From an uncultured Chthonomonadaceae bacterium (GTDB taxonomy: Bacteria > Armatimonadota > Chthonomonadetes > Chthonomonadales > Chthonomonadaceae): a stretch of DNA of 64,000 nucleotides. Of this stretch, positions 20,091 to 29,381 are shown piece by piece. The stretch covers positions 128,001 to 192,000 of the forward strand of contig CAWFQB010000002.1 of the NCBI GenBank assembly GCA_963817895.1. Direction: 5' to 3'. The translations under genes and the position numbers were made by a program. The first letter of the stretch is position 1. Every line of letters begins with the position of its first letter. The notes under the pieces are model-generated. The model was given only the letters and a program-made list of their open reading frames with translations, made no database searches and was not told the DNA's origin.

Positions 20091-21443
20091 ATGAATCGTC
20101 TGGAAAGTTCCACATTCCCCCCAACAATCGAGCCGCGAACCGGAGCAGAGAGGCATTTTCACTTGGATACGATTTGCATACACGGCGGCAAGCCGCTGAC
20201 CGGCGCTGTCACAGTGGGCGGCAGCAAAAACGACGCGGTTGCCATCCTTGCCGGAACCCTCCTTGTTCCCGGCAAGACCGTCCTGCGCAATGTTCCCCGC
20301 ATCAGCGACGTGGACACGCTGACGGAAATTTTCCGGCGGCTGGGCGCGGTCACAACGTGGCGCGACGAGGACACGCTGGAAATTGACGCGGGCAACCTGA
20401 CGACAACCGACGACTCCCCACGACCTGGTGCGGCAAATGCGGGCCAGTTTCAACGTGATGGGCGCGCTGCTGGCGCGTTTCGGCGAAGCGTCCGTCGCCA
20501 TGCCCGGCGGCTGCGACATCGGAACGCGCCCGGTCAACTTCCACATCAAGGGACTGGAACAATTCGGCGCGAAACTGCATCTGGAACACGGCATCTATCA
20601 CGGCAAAGTGAAGCGACTGCGCGGGGCCAACATCTATCTGGAATTTCCCAGCGCGGGCAGCACGCAGCATCTGATGATTGCCGCCAGCCGCGCGCAGGGC
20701 CGAACCGTGATTGAAAACTGCGCGGCGGAACCCGAAGTGGTTCACATGGCCGAATTCCTCAACGCCTGCGGCGCGCAGATTACGGGCATGGGAACGCCGA
20801 CCATTGTGGTAGACGGCGTGGAAGAACTGCATCCGTGCGAATTCAGCATCCTGCCCGACCGTCTGCAGGCCGGAACGTATGCCATTGCGGCCGCGATTAC
20901 GGGCGGCGATGTGGTGATAAAGCGGGCCGTAGCCGAGCATCTGCGCCCCGTCATCAGCAAACTGACCGAAATGCGGCGTGGAAGTGACCCGCGAACCGGA
21001 CGGCCTGCGCGTTCGGCGCGTGGGCAAAATCTACCCGACCGACATCAAAACCATGCCGCATCCCGGCTTCCCCACCGATATGCAGCAGCCGTTTACCGCG
21101 CTGCTGACCCTGGCGGACGGCGTTTCGCATTGTGACCGAAACCGTGTACGAGAGCCGCTTCCGCTACACGACGGAATTGGAGCGCATGGGCGCGGATATT
21201 CGCGTGGAAGGGCAGACGGCGGTGATTCACGGCGTGGAGCGGTTGACGGGCGCGCCCGTGAAGTGCATGGATTTGCGGGCGGGCGCGGCGGTCGTCGTGG
21301 CGGGGCTGGCGGCGCACGGCGAAACCACCGTCACCAACCTGCACCATCTGGATCGGGGCTACGAGAACATCGTTTCCAATCTGCAATCTCTGGGCGCGGA
21401 TGTGCGGCGCAGCGAAGACGCGCAGCCGGAAGGAGTCCGACTA
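20091..21443 (+). CDS. murA: UDP-N-acetylglucosamine 1-carboxyvinyltransferase, with three frameshifts
   Basis: [60 protein letters not shown] spread over four frames. Confidence 0.92.
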
Positions 21444-22454
21444 GTGTTCAGCCTCGTCCCGGAATTGGGCGTGGATTTAGGCACGGCGAATATCCTTGTC
21501 TATGTGCGCGGAAAAGGGATTGTGCTGCGGGAGCCGTCCGTCGTCGCAATCGCGGCGCACAGCAAAAGAGTGCTGGCGGTGGGCGAAGAGGCGCGGCTGA
21601 TGCTCGGACGCACGCCGGGCAACATCGTCGCCATTCGTCCCATGAGCGACGGCGTGATCGCCGATTACACGACCACGAAGAAGATGCTGGAGTACCTGTT
21701 CAACAAAGTGGTGGGCAAGCGGCAAATGGTGCGTTTCAAGCCGCGCGTTCTGGTCTGCGTGCCCTCGCAGGTGACGAGCGTGGAGCGTCGGGCCGTGATT
21801 CAGGCGGCGAAAGAGGCGGGCGCGCGCGAAGCCCACACGATTGAAGAGCCGATGGCGGCCGCGATTGGCGCGGGGCTGCCGATCTCCATGCCCGGCGGCA
21901 ACATGGTCGTGGACATCGGCGGCGGCACAACCGATATTGCCGTCATTTCGCTGGACGGCATCGTGACCAGCGAAAGCCTGCGCGTGGCGGGCAACCGCAT
22001 GGACGAGGTGATTATCCGGCACGTCAAATCCGTGTACAGCCTGATGATCGGCGACCGCACCGCCGAAGAGATCAAAACCAAAGTCGGCTCGGCGTATCCT
22101 CTGGAGCAGGAACTGAGCCTACAGGTGCGCGGGCGCGACCTGGTTGCGGGCCTGCCCAAAACCGTCGAAGTCACGTCCGTCGAAATTCGCGAAGCCCTGT
22201 CCGAACCCGTGCTGGCGATTGTGGAAAAGGTGAAGCGCGTTCTGGAGCAGACGCCCCCGGAACTGGCCGCCGACATAATCGAGCGCGGCATTGTGCTGAC
22301 GGGCGGCGGCGCGCTATTGCGCGGCCTGGACCGACTGCTGACCGCCGCAACGGGTATTGAGGTTCACGTCGCCGAAGACCCGCTCTCCTGCGTCGCCATC
22401 GGCACAGGCCGCGCGCTGGAAGAGTGGCGGGCGATCAGTGAAAGCGACTACTGA
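21444..22454 (+). CDS. mreB: Rod shape-determining protein MreB/Mbl
   Basis: [61 protein letters not shown] lies 8 nt before the GTG at 21444. Confidence 0.95.
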   Translation: MFSLVPELGVDLGTANILVYVRGKGIVLREPSVVAIAAHSKRVLAVGEEARLMLGRTPGNIVAIRPMSDGVIADYTTTKKMLEYLFNKVVGKRQMVRFKPRVLVCVPSQVTSVERRAVIQAAKEAGAREAHTIEEPMAAAIGAGLPISMPGGNMVVDIGGGTTDIAVISLDGIVTSESLRVAGNRMDEVIIRHVKSVYSLMIGDRTAEEIKTKVGSAYPLEQELSLQVRGRDLVAGLPKTVEVTSVEIREALSEPVLAIVEKVKRVLEQTPPELAADIIERGIVLTGGGALLRGLDRLLTAATGIEVHVAEDPLSCVAIGTGRALEEWRAISESDY

Positions 22455-22482
22455 GGAAGGGAAGAGGGATGAGGGATGAGGG

Positions 22483-23215
22483 ATGAAAAAGCCACGTTAC
22501 CATTGATTTTACTGACTTGGAATGTTTGTCAGCATGAGTCCGTGTCAGGCAACAGGATTCATCCCTTCCTCTTCATCCCTTATCCCTTCATCCCTCTTCC
22601 CTTCCTCCCGATGTGCGTCCCAACCACTGGGCCGCGTCGTATGTGCAGGAGGCCCTGGACAACGGCGTGATGGCGTTGCCGGACGGCAAAGAGTTTCACG
22701 GCGAGGCCAAAATGACGCATGGGCAGGCGGTGATTGCCCTTGCGAAACTGGCGCAGATGCTGGAAGCGGGAACGTGGAAAGGTGCGCCGTCGCGTCCGGT
22801 TCCCGACAGCGTGCTGAAACCGCTGGAACATGGGGATTGGAAGACGCAGCGCGTGACCCGCTACGAAATGGCAAAGGTGCTGGCGAGCATGGGCGATTAC
22901 GTGGCGCATGGCCTGCCTCGCCCTGCCCCGAACGCTAAAAATTTGGGGCAGTCCGAGATATTCCCGCCCAAACCGAAAATCGCGCTGCCCAAAACCCACC
23001 CGGCGTATGCCGCCCTGGCGTACCTTGTGGACAACAGCATGGTTCTGCCCAAATCGCCCCTGCTGACCGCTGACGAAAAGCCATTATTGGGAAGTGAGTT
23101 GAGTCATGCCGTTGCGGATATGGCGGTCGGCGTGACCAATCGCCTGACCGAAGTGGGCAAGGACGAAAACGGCGAAACGCCCGACGCCAGTTTCCACAAG
23201 AAGCCGCAAAAGTAG
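22483..23215 (+). CDS. S-layer homology (SLH) domain protein; N-terminus frameshifted
   Basis: DVRPNHWAASYVQEALDNGVM..F.G...T..QA and a second PKTHPAYAALAYLVDN unit. Signal peptide MKKATLPLILL recovered with indels. Confidence 0.6.
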
Positions 23216-23342
23216 ATCGCGCCTATTATGAATAGCCCTCAACCCCTGCCCCCTTCTCCTACAAAACGTATTTCCAATCGAAGCCGAAATACGGAACCTG
23301 GGGGAAGGGGAACCTCTTGAGAGCCGTTAGGCGTCCAGCATG

Positions 23343-23385
23343 AAAAGGACAAAGATACGGGGGTATCTTTGTCCTTTTTGTTTTA
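23343..23385 (+). terminator. Intrinsic terminator
   Basis: aaaaggacaaagatac ... gtatctttgtcctttt followed by T-rich sequence. Confidence 0.7.
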
Positions 23386-23479
23386 TTTCGGGGTAGGAAA
23401 GTCGGCGGCTGGTGTGGAAAAGTAACGGTGGCTGATGCGCCGCGCCATCGTGAGACGAGTTGGAAGCAGGAGGATTAAA

Positions 23480-23701
23480 ATGGCTGTCCTTGTTACTTTA
23501 TTCGCCGCTATAGTCGCTGTAATACTGGTACTGTTGTGCCTTGTTGGGGATTATCCGTGGGAATGGTTGGTGATGAACCCTTTTACCGGAGCGCTGGGCG
23601 GCTATGTGGGTATGGCGCTTCGACACTGGATTCAGGAATCGCGCGCGGGGCGTGATGCGCGTGACGCGAGAACGTCCGGCAGCCGCGAAACCGGGAAGTA
23701 G
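23480..23701 (+). CDS. Small two-TM membrane protein
   Basis: AGGAGG RBS; two hydrophobic segments. Confidence 0.55.
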   Translation: MAVLVTLFAAIVAVILVLLCLVGDYPWEWLVMNPFTGALGGYVGMALRHWIQESRAGRDARDARTSGSRETGK

Positions 23702-23751
23702 GAACACGCCGGGGGTTGCGGCAGTGTTGAGAGGGCGAAGGAGGCACAGCA

Positions 23752-24225
23752 ATGGAGCCGAAAACGACAGACAAGCGAATTGTGAGTAAGAGCGCGTATG
23801 TGGCTATTCGTATTGCGCAAGGCAGTCTTTACGTGTCAGGAATCAGCCTGATGGCAATTGCGGGTCTGAGTTTTTTGACGTCGGCTGCATGTGGCCTCCA
23901 TTTCATGCGCTGTATTGCCCTTCTTGTGAAAACACTGGACAGAACGCTATTTGTCAACATCAGTCTTTACGGAACCGCAATGGGCATGTTGGCAGGAGCA
24001 GCGTACCTGCTTGGAAAGGCAGGGTACATGGCCGTAACAAAGGCTGAGAACCTGCCTGAATTTCTTCCTCTTACCCCTGAAACGGTCGAGGCCACTCCTG
24101 CCCTGAACAGTTTGGTACGCGCCAGTGAAGAACCGAGTCAGGTTCAGGAAGCCGTGTTGCTCCGCGCTACCATACAAGAGCAGGAAACGCCGCCTGAGCA
24201 GTTGGTACGCGCTTCTGTGGGATAG
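23752..24225 (+). CDS. Hypothetical two-TM protein with C-terminal L(V/L)RA repeats
   Basis: AAGGAGG RBS; SLVRAS..VLLRAT..QLVRAS tail. Confidence 0.65.
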   Translation: MEPKTTDKRIVSKSAYVAIRIAQGSLYVSGISLMAIAGLSFLTSAACGLHFMRCIALLVKTLDRTLFVNISLYGTAMGMLAGAAYLLGKAGYMAVTKAENLPEFLPLTPETVEATPALNSLVRASEEPSQVQEAVLLRATIQEQETPPEQLVRASVG

Positions 24226-24344
24226 GAGTGAGTCATACAGGCGCAAGGGAGGAACAGTTATGAGAATCGCGCTTGTCATACTGCTTGCTGTCATTGGGCT
24301 TGTGGGACTAATCGCGTCACTGGTATTGGAGGAACGCAAGGAAG

Positions 24345-25607
24345 ATGAGCCTCTCATTAGGCGATCTATTAAGGGATTGGCGAAAGAACAAGCGGCTCTC
24401 CTACAAGGAACTTGCCGGTTTAGCGGGAGTCAGCGAGGCGACGCTGGCGCGGTGGGAAAACGGGCGAACCCAGCCACGCCTGGCGGAACTGGAAGCGGCG
24501 CTGACGGCGCTGCAGGTTTCGGCAAACCAGCGGCAACAGGCTCTGGCCGGAATGCAAGCCCCGCGCGCTGTAAAGCGCCTGCGGACAGAAGCGGATGGCA
24601 ACGTCCCCGTCAGTGGCGATCTGCTCCGGGCGATGCGGATGCGCCGAGGGTGGACGCAGCAGGAGACCGCGCAGCAGGCAGGTATTTCACAGGGAACGCT
24701 TGCCAAATGGGAACGCTCGGAGGATTGGCCTGCCGTCGAGCGCCTGCATACCTTGTGCTATCTGCTGCAGGCGCAGGAGGCAGAACTGATCGCGCTGACG
24801 CAGGGGCTGCGCGTCGAGACATGTCCGTCCCCGGAACCAGACAGCCGTGAAGAACTGGAATACCGACTGGGGCAGATACTGTTCGCTTCTGCTCTGGCCG
24901 ATCTGGAATTTCTGGAGATGGAGAGGCTGCTCTGGGGGCGCGCGCAGCAGCGCGAGGCTGCGCTCGTAGACCTGAATTACGTTTATGGCTGCCATGCGCG
25001 CTTTCTGGCGGAGCGCGGGCGGTATGTGGAGGCGGCGGACTATGTGCGCCGCGCCGGACAAAGCGCGCGAGACGGGTTTCGGGATGTCGTCGGATGGCAA
25101 TCGGCATTGCTCGCCGCCGCGCGGATAGCCGGCAACAGCAGGCGGCCCGATCCAGCGCGCGGTATTAAAATACTGCTCCCGTGGCTCGACAACATACCCT
25201 CCCAGGCTTCCCTCGGACATCATGCCTGGATGTACAGTGAAGTCGCCCGCTTAATGGTCAAACTGGATTACAAAGAACAGGCGCTGGCATGCAGCAGGCG
25301 GGCCATTCGCATGGTGGAGTCAGCCAGTCCTATGGAATGGTGGCATCGTCGCGCCGATCATGTGCGACTTTTAGTGGAAATGGGGCATTACCACGCGGCT
25401 CTGGAGGAGTGTGATTGGTGCGTAAGCCACCGGGCAGTCGGCGCGGAGGGGCTTCCCCTGTGGCTCACCAGAGCGAAAACGCTGCTCGCCCTACGCAAAA
25501 CAGCGGAGGCGCGCGAACAGTTGCAGCAAATTGATGCGGGCATTAACGCCTATACTCACCTGAATCATTTTCGCGCCGAGGCGGATGCGTTGGCCGAAGC
25601 GCTCTGA
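24345..25607 (+). CDS. XRE-family transcriptional regulator with two HTH domains and a TPR-like C-terminus
   Basis: LRDWRKNKRLSYKELAGLAGVSEATLARWENG and LRAMRMRRGWTQQETAQQAGISQGTLAKWE; helical repeat C-terminus. Confidence 0.85.
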   Translation: MSLSLGDLLRDWRKNKRLSYKELAGLAGVSEATLARWENGRTQPRLAELEAALTALQVSANQRQQALAGMQAPRAVKRLRTEADGNVPVSGDLLRAMRMRRGWTQQETAQQAGISQGTLAKWERSEDWPAVERLHTLCYLLQAQEAELIALTQGLRVETCPSPEPDSREELEYRLGQILFASALADLEFLEMERLLWGRAQQREAALVDLNYVYGCHARFLAERGRYVEAADYVRRAGQSARDGFRDVVGWQSALLAAARIAGNSRRPDPARGIKILLPWLDNIPSQASLGHHAWMYSEVARLMVKLDYKEQALACSRRAIRMVESASPMEWWHRRADHVRLLVEMGHYHAALEECDWCVSHRAVGAEGLPLWLTRAKTLLALRKTAEAREQLQQIDAGINAYTHLNHFRAEADALAEAL

Positions 25608-25770
25608 CGTAAGGCCGTGACTTGAAAACTGTTGTGTCGCGACTATTCCCGTACACTCCGAAACTTTGTCGTCAGCGCAACGGCACAGGGAAAGGCCGGA
25701 TATGAACAGAGCCACAGGAAACGCGCAAACGTCTTCTGTGGCTCTGTTCGTATCCGGCGCTTTATGGTCG

Positions 25771-26358
25771 TCAGGCGACTTTGTTGGCAGTTTTGCGGCG
25801 GCGCAGGAAGGCGGCGGCAGTGAGGGCAGAACACGTCAGGAAGGCGAGAGAAGAGGGTTCCGGTGTCACCTGGCCGGTAATGGTGGCGCTCAGGATACCG
25901 CTTGTCGCGCCTGTAAAGGTAGCCGCGCCCGTAGCCGTGAACAGGCCGGTGGCCTGGGCAAACGCCCCGGTTCCCCCGTTGAAGTTGCCATTGAGGATAA
26001 AGGTTCCGGCGTTCGTCGGGTACGGCAGGTTGAATGTCCCCGTGAAAACCCCCAACAACGTATCTGAACCTGTTCCCGACAGTGTAAGCGCGCCGTTGGA
26101 TACGGTCTGATTCTCAAAGAAAGGGTCCAGAGCGGTGGCATCGAACGTCGTAGAGATGTCTACCAGACCGTACGGGGCGTCGATACTGGTTCCCGTCCCT
26201 TCGTCATGGACAGTGGCGGCGCCGGTGGGCGTGATCGTAAACGTTCCGTTATAAGTTCCGGTGACGGGAAGCCCTTGCGCGAGGGCAGAACCACTGAGGG
26301 ATGCTGCGACGAGCAGGGTCGCTAAAAGGGGCAGGCGAACAGGACGTAGGCAACGCAT
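25771..26358 (-). CDS. PEP-CTERM sorting domain protein
   Basis: Signal peptide; Gly/Thr-rich body; C-terminal TPEPSSLAFL + TM segment + LRRRK. Confidence 0.88.
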   Translation of the reverse strand: MRCLRPVRLPLLATLLVAASLSGSALAQGLPVTGTYNGTFTITPTGAATVHDEGTGTSIDAPYGLVDISTTFDATALDPFFENQTVSNGALTLSGTGSDTLLGVFTGTFNLPYPTNAGTFILNGNFNGGTGAFAQATGLFTATGAATFTGATSGILSATITGQVTPEPSSLAFLTCSALTAAAFLRRRKTANKVA

Positions 26359-26472
26359 AAGCAACGGTCTCCTTCTAAAGAGAGAAACTAAAGAGAGAAT
26401 ATCAGGTCGAAGACGAAAGGACCTGTCAATAGTATCTTCCTGCAAGAATAATGCCAGGAGTGTCGCGCGTCA

Positions 26473-26510
26473 GTAACATGCGCGAAAGTGAGGTAATATG
26501 CGCGAAAGTG
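26473..26510. repeat. 18-bp direct repeat with 20-bp period, candidate regulator binding site
   Basis: gtaacatgcgcgaaagtg / gtaatatgcgcgaaagtg upstream of the PEP-CTERM gene. Confidence 0.6.
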
Positions 26511-26514
26511 TCGG

Positions 26515-26572
26515 GTTTCGCGTGTGCAATGGAGCGCGGTGTTGGGGATAGATGCTTAGAGGCGCGTGCAGG
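26515..26572 (+). pseudogene. Degenerate relic of the comM 5' end
   Basis: gagcgcggtgttggggatagatgc (26532-26555) is identical to 28412-28435 inside comM, and the flanks are also similar. Confidence 0.7.
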
Positions 26573-26637
26573 GGCGGAAAGTAGGACATAGAGGAATATG
26601 AAAGCCCTCTTTATACTCTATTATTGAGAACATACCC

Positions 26638-26844
26638 ATGTTGAACTATCGTTTACGGAACGCTTCCCCGGCTGGTATTCGGTTAGTGGGAGTGATTTGG
26701 CTGGTGTTAGGCGCAGCTCTCATCGTGACTAAATGGCACTCTCCCCGAGCGCTTCAGGGGAGTTGGAACACCCCGTTCACCTATGTCATCGAAGCGGGCA
26801 TTATCGGCATGGGATTGTACCACTTGCTGACCGGGAGACCTTAG
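26638..26844 (+). CDS. Small two-TM membrane protein
   Basis: Two hydrophobic helices, 68 aa. Confidence 0.5.
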   Translation: MLNYRLRNASPAGIRLVGVIWLVLGAALIVTKWHSPRALQGSWNTPFTYVIEAGIIGMGLYHLLTGRP

Positions 26845-27145
26845 ACATTGGCGGGGCAGGAGGCGCAGAAGTGGAATCAAAGACAGGCAAGGGCTGGCGT
26901 ATGGAGCCGACCCCATCCATCCAAACGGGCAGGGCGTCACCGCACTCCAGATAGCGCGACAGCAACACCGTCCTGACATTGCAGCGTTGCTGCGCAGGAG
27001 TACAAAATAGCATAAAGACAGGGGCTATTTGTCTATCAGAGGGCGTAATATTTGGCAGGAGATGTTACTCTGCAAGGCGAACAGGCTTGCGGGTTTGCGG
27101 AGCCACTCGATTTCTATTAGGGACTCTCAACAAAATAACCGTTCC

Positions 27146-27196
27146 AGTCCGCGCAGGCGGACTTTGTTACCACAGCCGCGCAATTTATTGCGCGGA
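27146..27196. repeat. REP-like double hairpin
   Basis: agtccgc gcag gcggact followed by ccgcgcaat tt attgcgcgg. Confidence 0.55.
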
Positions 27197-27248
27197 CTCC
27201 AAGTGGAACAATTTAATCCTTGAGAGTCCCTTAGAGAGGAGAAAAACC

Positions 27249-28139
27249 ATGTTATTCGTAAGAAACACAGGTGTACTGTTGCTGTCCGTGGGCGCGGGAT
27301 TGGTGTTGACAGGCTATGGCGTTCATAGTCAGAACAAGCCGGCGCCCAAACCAGAGTCGCCCGGTTCCCTGTCGGGAACCATCACGGATGAGAAGAAGCA
27401 ACCCGTCAGTAACGCCTTCGCGCTGATCCGCAGCGGCGTCGTGATCACTGCCGAAGAGCAGCAAAACTCTACCATTCGCAACCCCGACGCCTCCGGGCGC
27501 AGCATCTTAGGCGGGGGCGAAGCCGCGGGACACCGCGTACAAAGCGATGCCAATGCGGGGGGCCTGTACACGCTGGACAAACTGAGGCGCGGCGTCTACA
27601 ATCTGATGGTAGAGGCGGGCAGCGGCAGCGATAACAAGAAATATCGCCCACAACGCCTCATGAGCGTGGTGGTACATTCCGGCAAAGAGACGACGCTCGA
27701 TATCACGCTGCACGAGGGAACCACGCTGGAAGAAGTGGGAGAGCCGGCAGTCAGCAACCCGGTGGCGAAGGAGCGCGGCTGGCTGGAAGGAACGCTCACC
27801 AGCGCGGAGGGTTTGCCCGTCACCAGCGCGCAATCCCTGGTTCGCGATGGGATTACCATCACGGTTAAAAAAGGCTCTGAAGCGGTGGGCAACGTCAAAA
27901 CCGATGTGATGGCGGGCGGTTTTTTCAGCGTCCAGAACTGCTATCCGGGAACCTATTCGCTGGTGATTCCCGCCGGACAGCTTCCCGGAAAGAATTATCG
28001 TCCCATGCTGCTCAGTAATGTTGTCGTGAAGCCCGGGCAACGTACCCTCCTCAACATCGTCATGCCGGAGGGAGCAGGTCTGGAGCGCGTGAGCGCGCCC
28101 CCGGTGAAGATGCAGCCGCTAAAATTGCTGACGGAGTAG
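27249..28139 (+). CDS. Exported protein with two carboxypeptidase-regulatory-like (beta-sandwich) domains
   Basis: GSLSGTITDEKKQPV..GVYNLMV and GWLEGTLTSAEGLPV..PGTYSLVI; internal duplication. Confidence 0.65.
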   Translation: MLFVRNTGVLLLSVGAGLVLTGYGVHSQNKPAPKPESPGSLSGTITDEKKQPVSNAFALIRSGVVITAEEQQNSTIRNPDASGRSILGGGEAAGHRVQSDANAGGLYTLDKLRRGVYNLMVEAGSGSDNKKYRPQRLMSVVVHSGKETTLDITLHEGTTLEEVGEPAVSNPVAKERGWLEGTLTSAEGLPVTSAQSLVRDGITITVKKGSEAVGNVKTDVMAGGFFSVQNCYPGTYSLVIPAGQLPGKNYRPMLLSNVVVKPGQRTLLNIVMPEGAGLERVSAPPVKMQPLKLLTE

Positions 28140-28391
28140 CGCAGCCCTGTCGTTGAGAAGGAATACCGTTTGTCATGGCGAACGAACACAACCCGGTGAG
28201 CGATCTTCGCAAAATCAAGCGGCGCATATACGCTTCCACATCAGCCACAATCCTGTATATATGGATTGTGGCTATTTTATATCAGGGTTGGCAGGAGATA
28301 TTGTTCTGCAAGGCGAATAAGCGCACAGGCTTGAAGTCCAGAAAGAAACCGGCGGAAACAGCGCGTTACGTGGAAAGGGAGACCAGCGAAA

Positions 28392-29357
28392 ATGCTTGCT
28401 CATGTACAGTCGAGCGCGGTGTTGGGGATAGATGCGTATGAGGTGCGCGTGGAGGTGGATGTCAGCAACGGCCTGCCGTCCATGTCCATTGTCGGCCTGC
28501 CCGACGCGGCGGTGAACGAGAGCAAGGAGCGGGTTCGGGCGGCGATCAAGAACAGCGGCTTCTTAATGCCCTACGATAAGAGGGTTACGATAAATCTGGC
28601 CCCGGCGGATGTGCGCAAGGCGGGGCCGATCTTCGATTTACCGATAGCCATCGGGCTACTGGTTGCGACGGGGCAACTCTCGGGCGAAAATCTGGAGGGC
28701 GCGATTCTGGTGGGCGAATTGTCGCTGGACGGCAGCGTTCGCCCGGTTACGGGAGCCTTGCCCATCGCGATTGGGGCGCGGGAGCGGAAGCAATCGCGCC
28801 TGTACATCCCCGCCCTGAGCGCGCGGGAAGCGGCGATTGTGGCTGGCGTGGACGTGTTTCCTGTGACCACGCTTGCGGAGATGGCGCGGGCGTTGGAAAT
28901 GCCGTCTACCCTGTCCGCGCTGCCCTGCGATTTATCCCTGTTGCAGCCGGACGCGCCGCTTTATGGACAGGATTTTCAGGATGTCAAAGGTCATGCCCAC
29001 GTCAAGCGCGCCCTGGAAGTGGCGGCTGCGGGCGGGCATAACGTGCTTTTGCTAGGTCCACCCGGCAGCGGCAAGACCATGATGGCGCGTCGCCTGCCCT
29101 CCATTTTGCCGCCCCTGACCATTGACGAAGCGCTGGAAACCACCAAATTGTACTCGGTCGCGGGTCTGCTGTCTTCGGATACCGCCCTTGTCAACACGCG
29201 CCCGTTCCGTTCGCCGCACCATACCGTTTCTACCGCTGCACTGGTCGGCGGCGGCTCGGTTCCACGTCCGGGCGAGGTGAGTCTGGCCCATCACGGCTGT
29301 TTGTTTCTGGACGACTTCAACGCTATTATGATGCCCCATGATACTGTCATGCTGTAG
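28392..29357 (+). pseudogene. comM: ComM/YifB Mg-chelatase-like AAA+ ATPase, 5' part only, disrupted by integration
   Basis: [55 protein letters not shown]. Homology stops at the Walker B motif and a stop follows after a short unrelated tail. Confidence 0.93.
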
Positions 29358-29381
29358 CCTGTGCAGCCATCAATCGCAATA

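Noticed and set aside
24260..24850. Hydrophobic peptide MRIALVILLAVIG with a strong RBS running out of frame through the XRE regulator
   Set aside because: Possibly a real small protein whose stop was lost to an indel, but the long overlap has no protein-like features and cannot be supported.
27052..27081. sigma54 promoter in the duplicated TTGGCAGG motif
   Set aside because: The GG-N10-GC spacing is not met in either copy.
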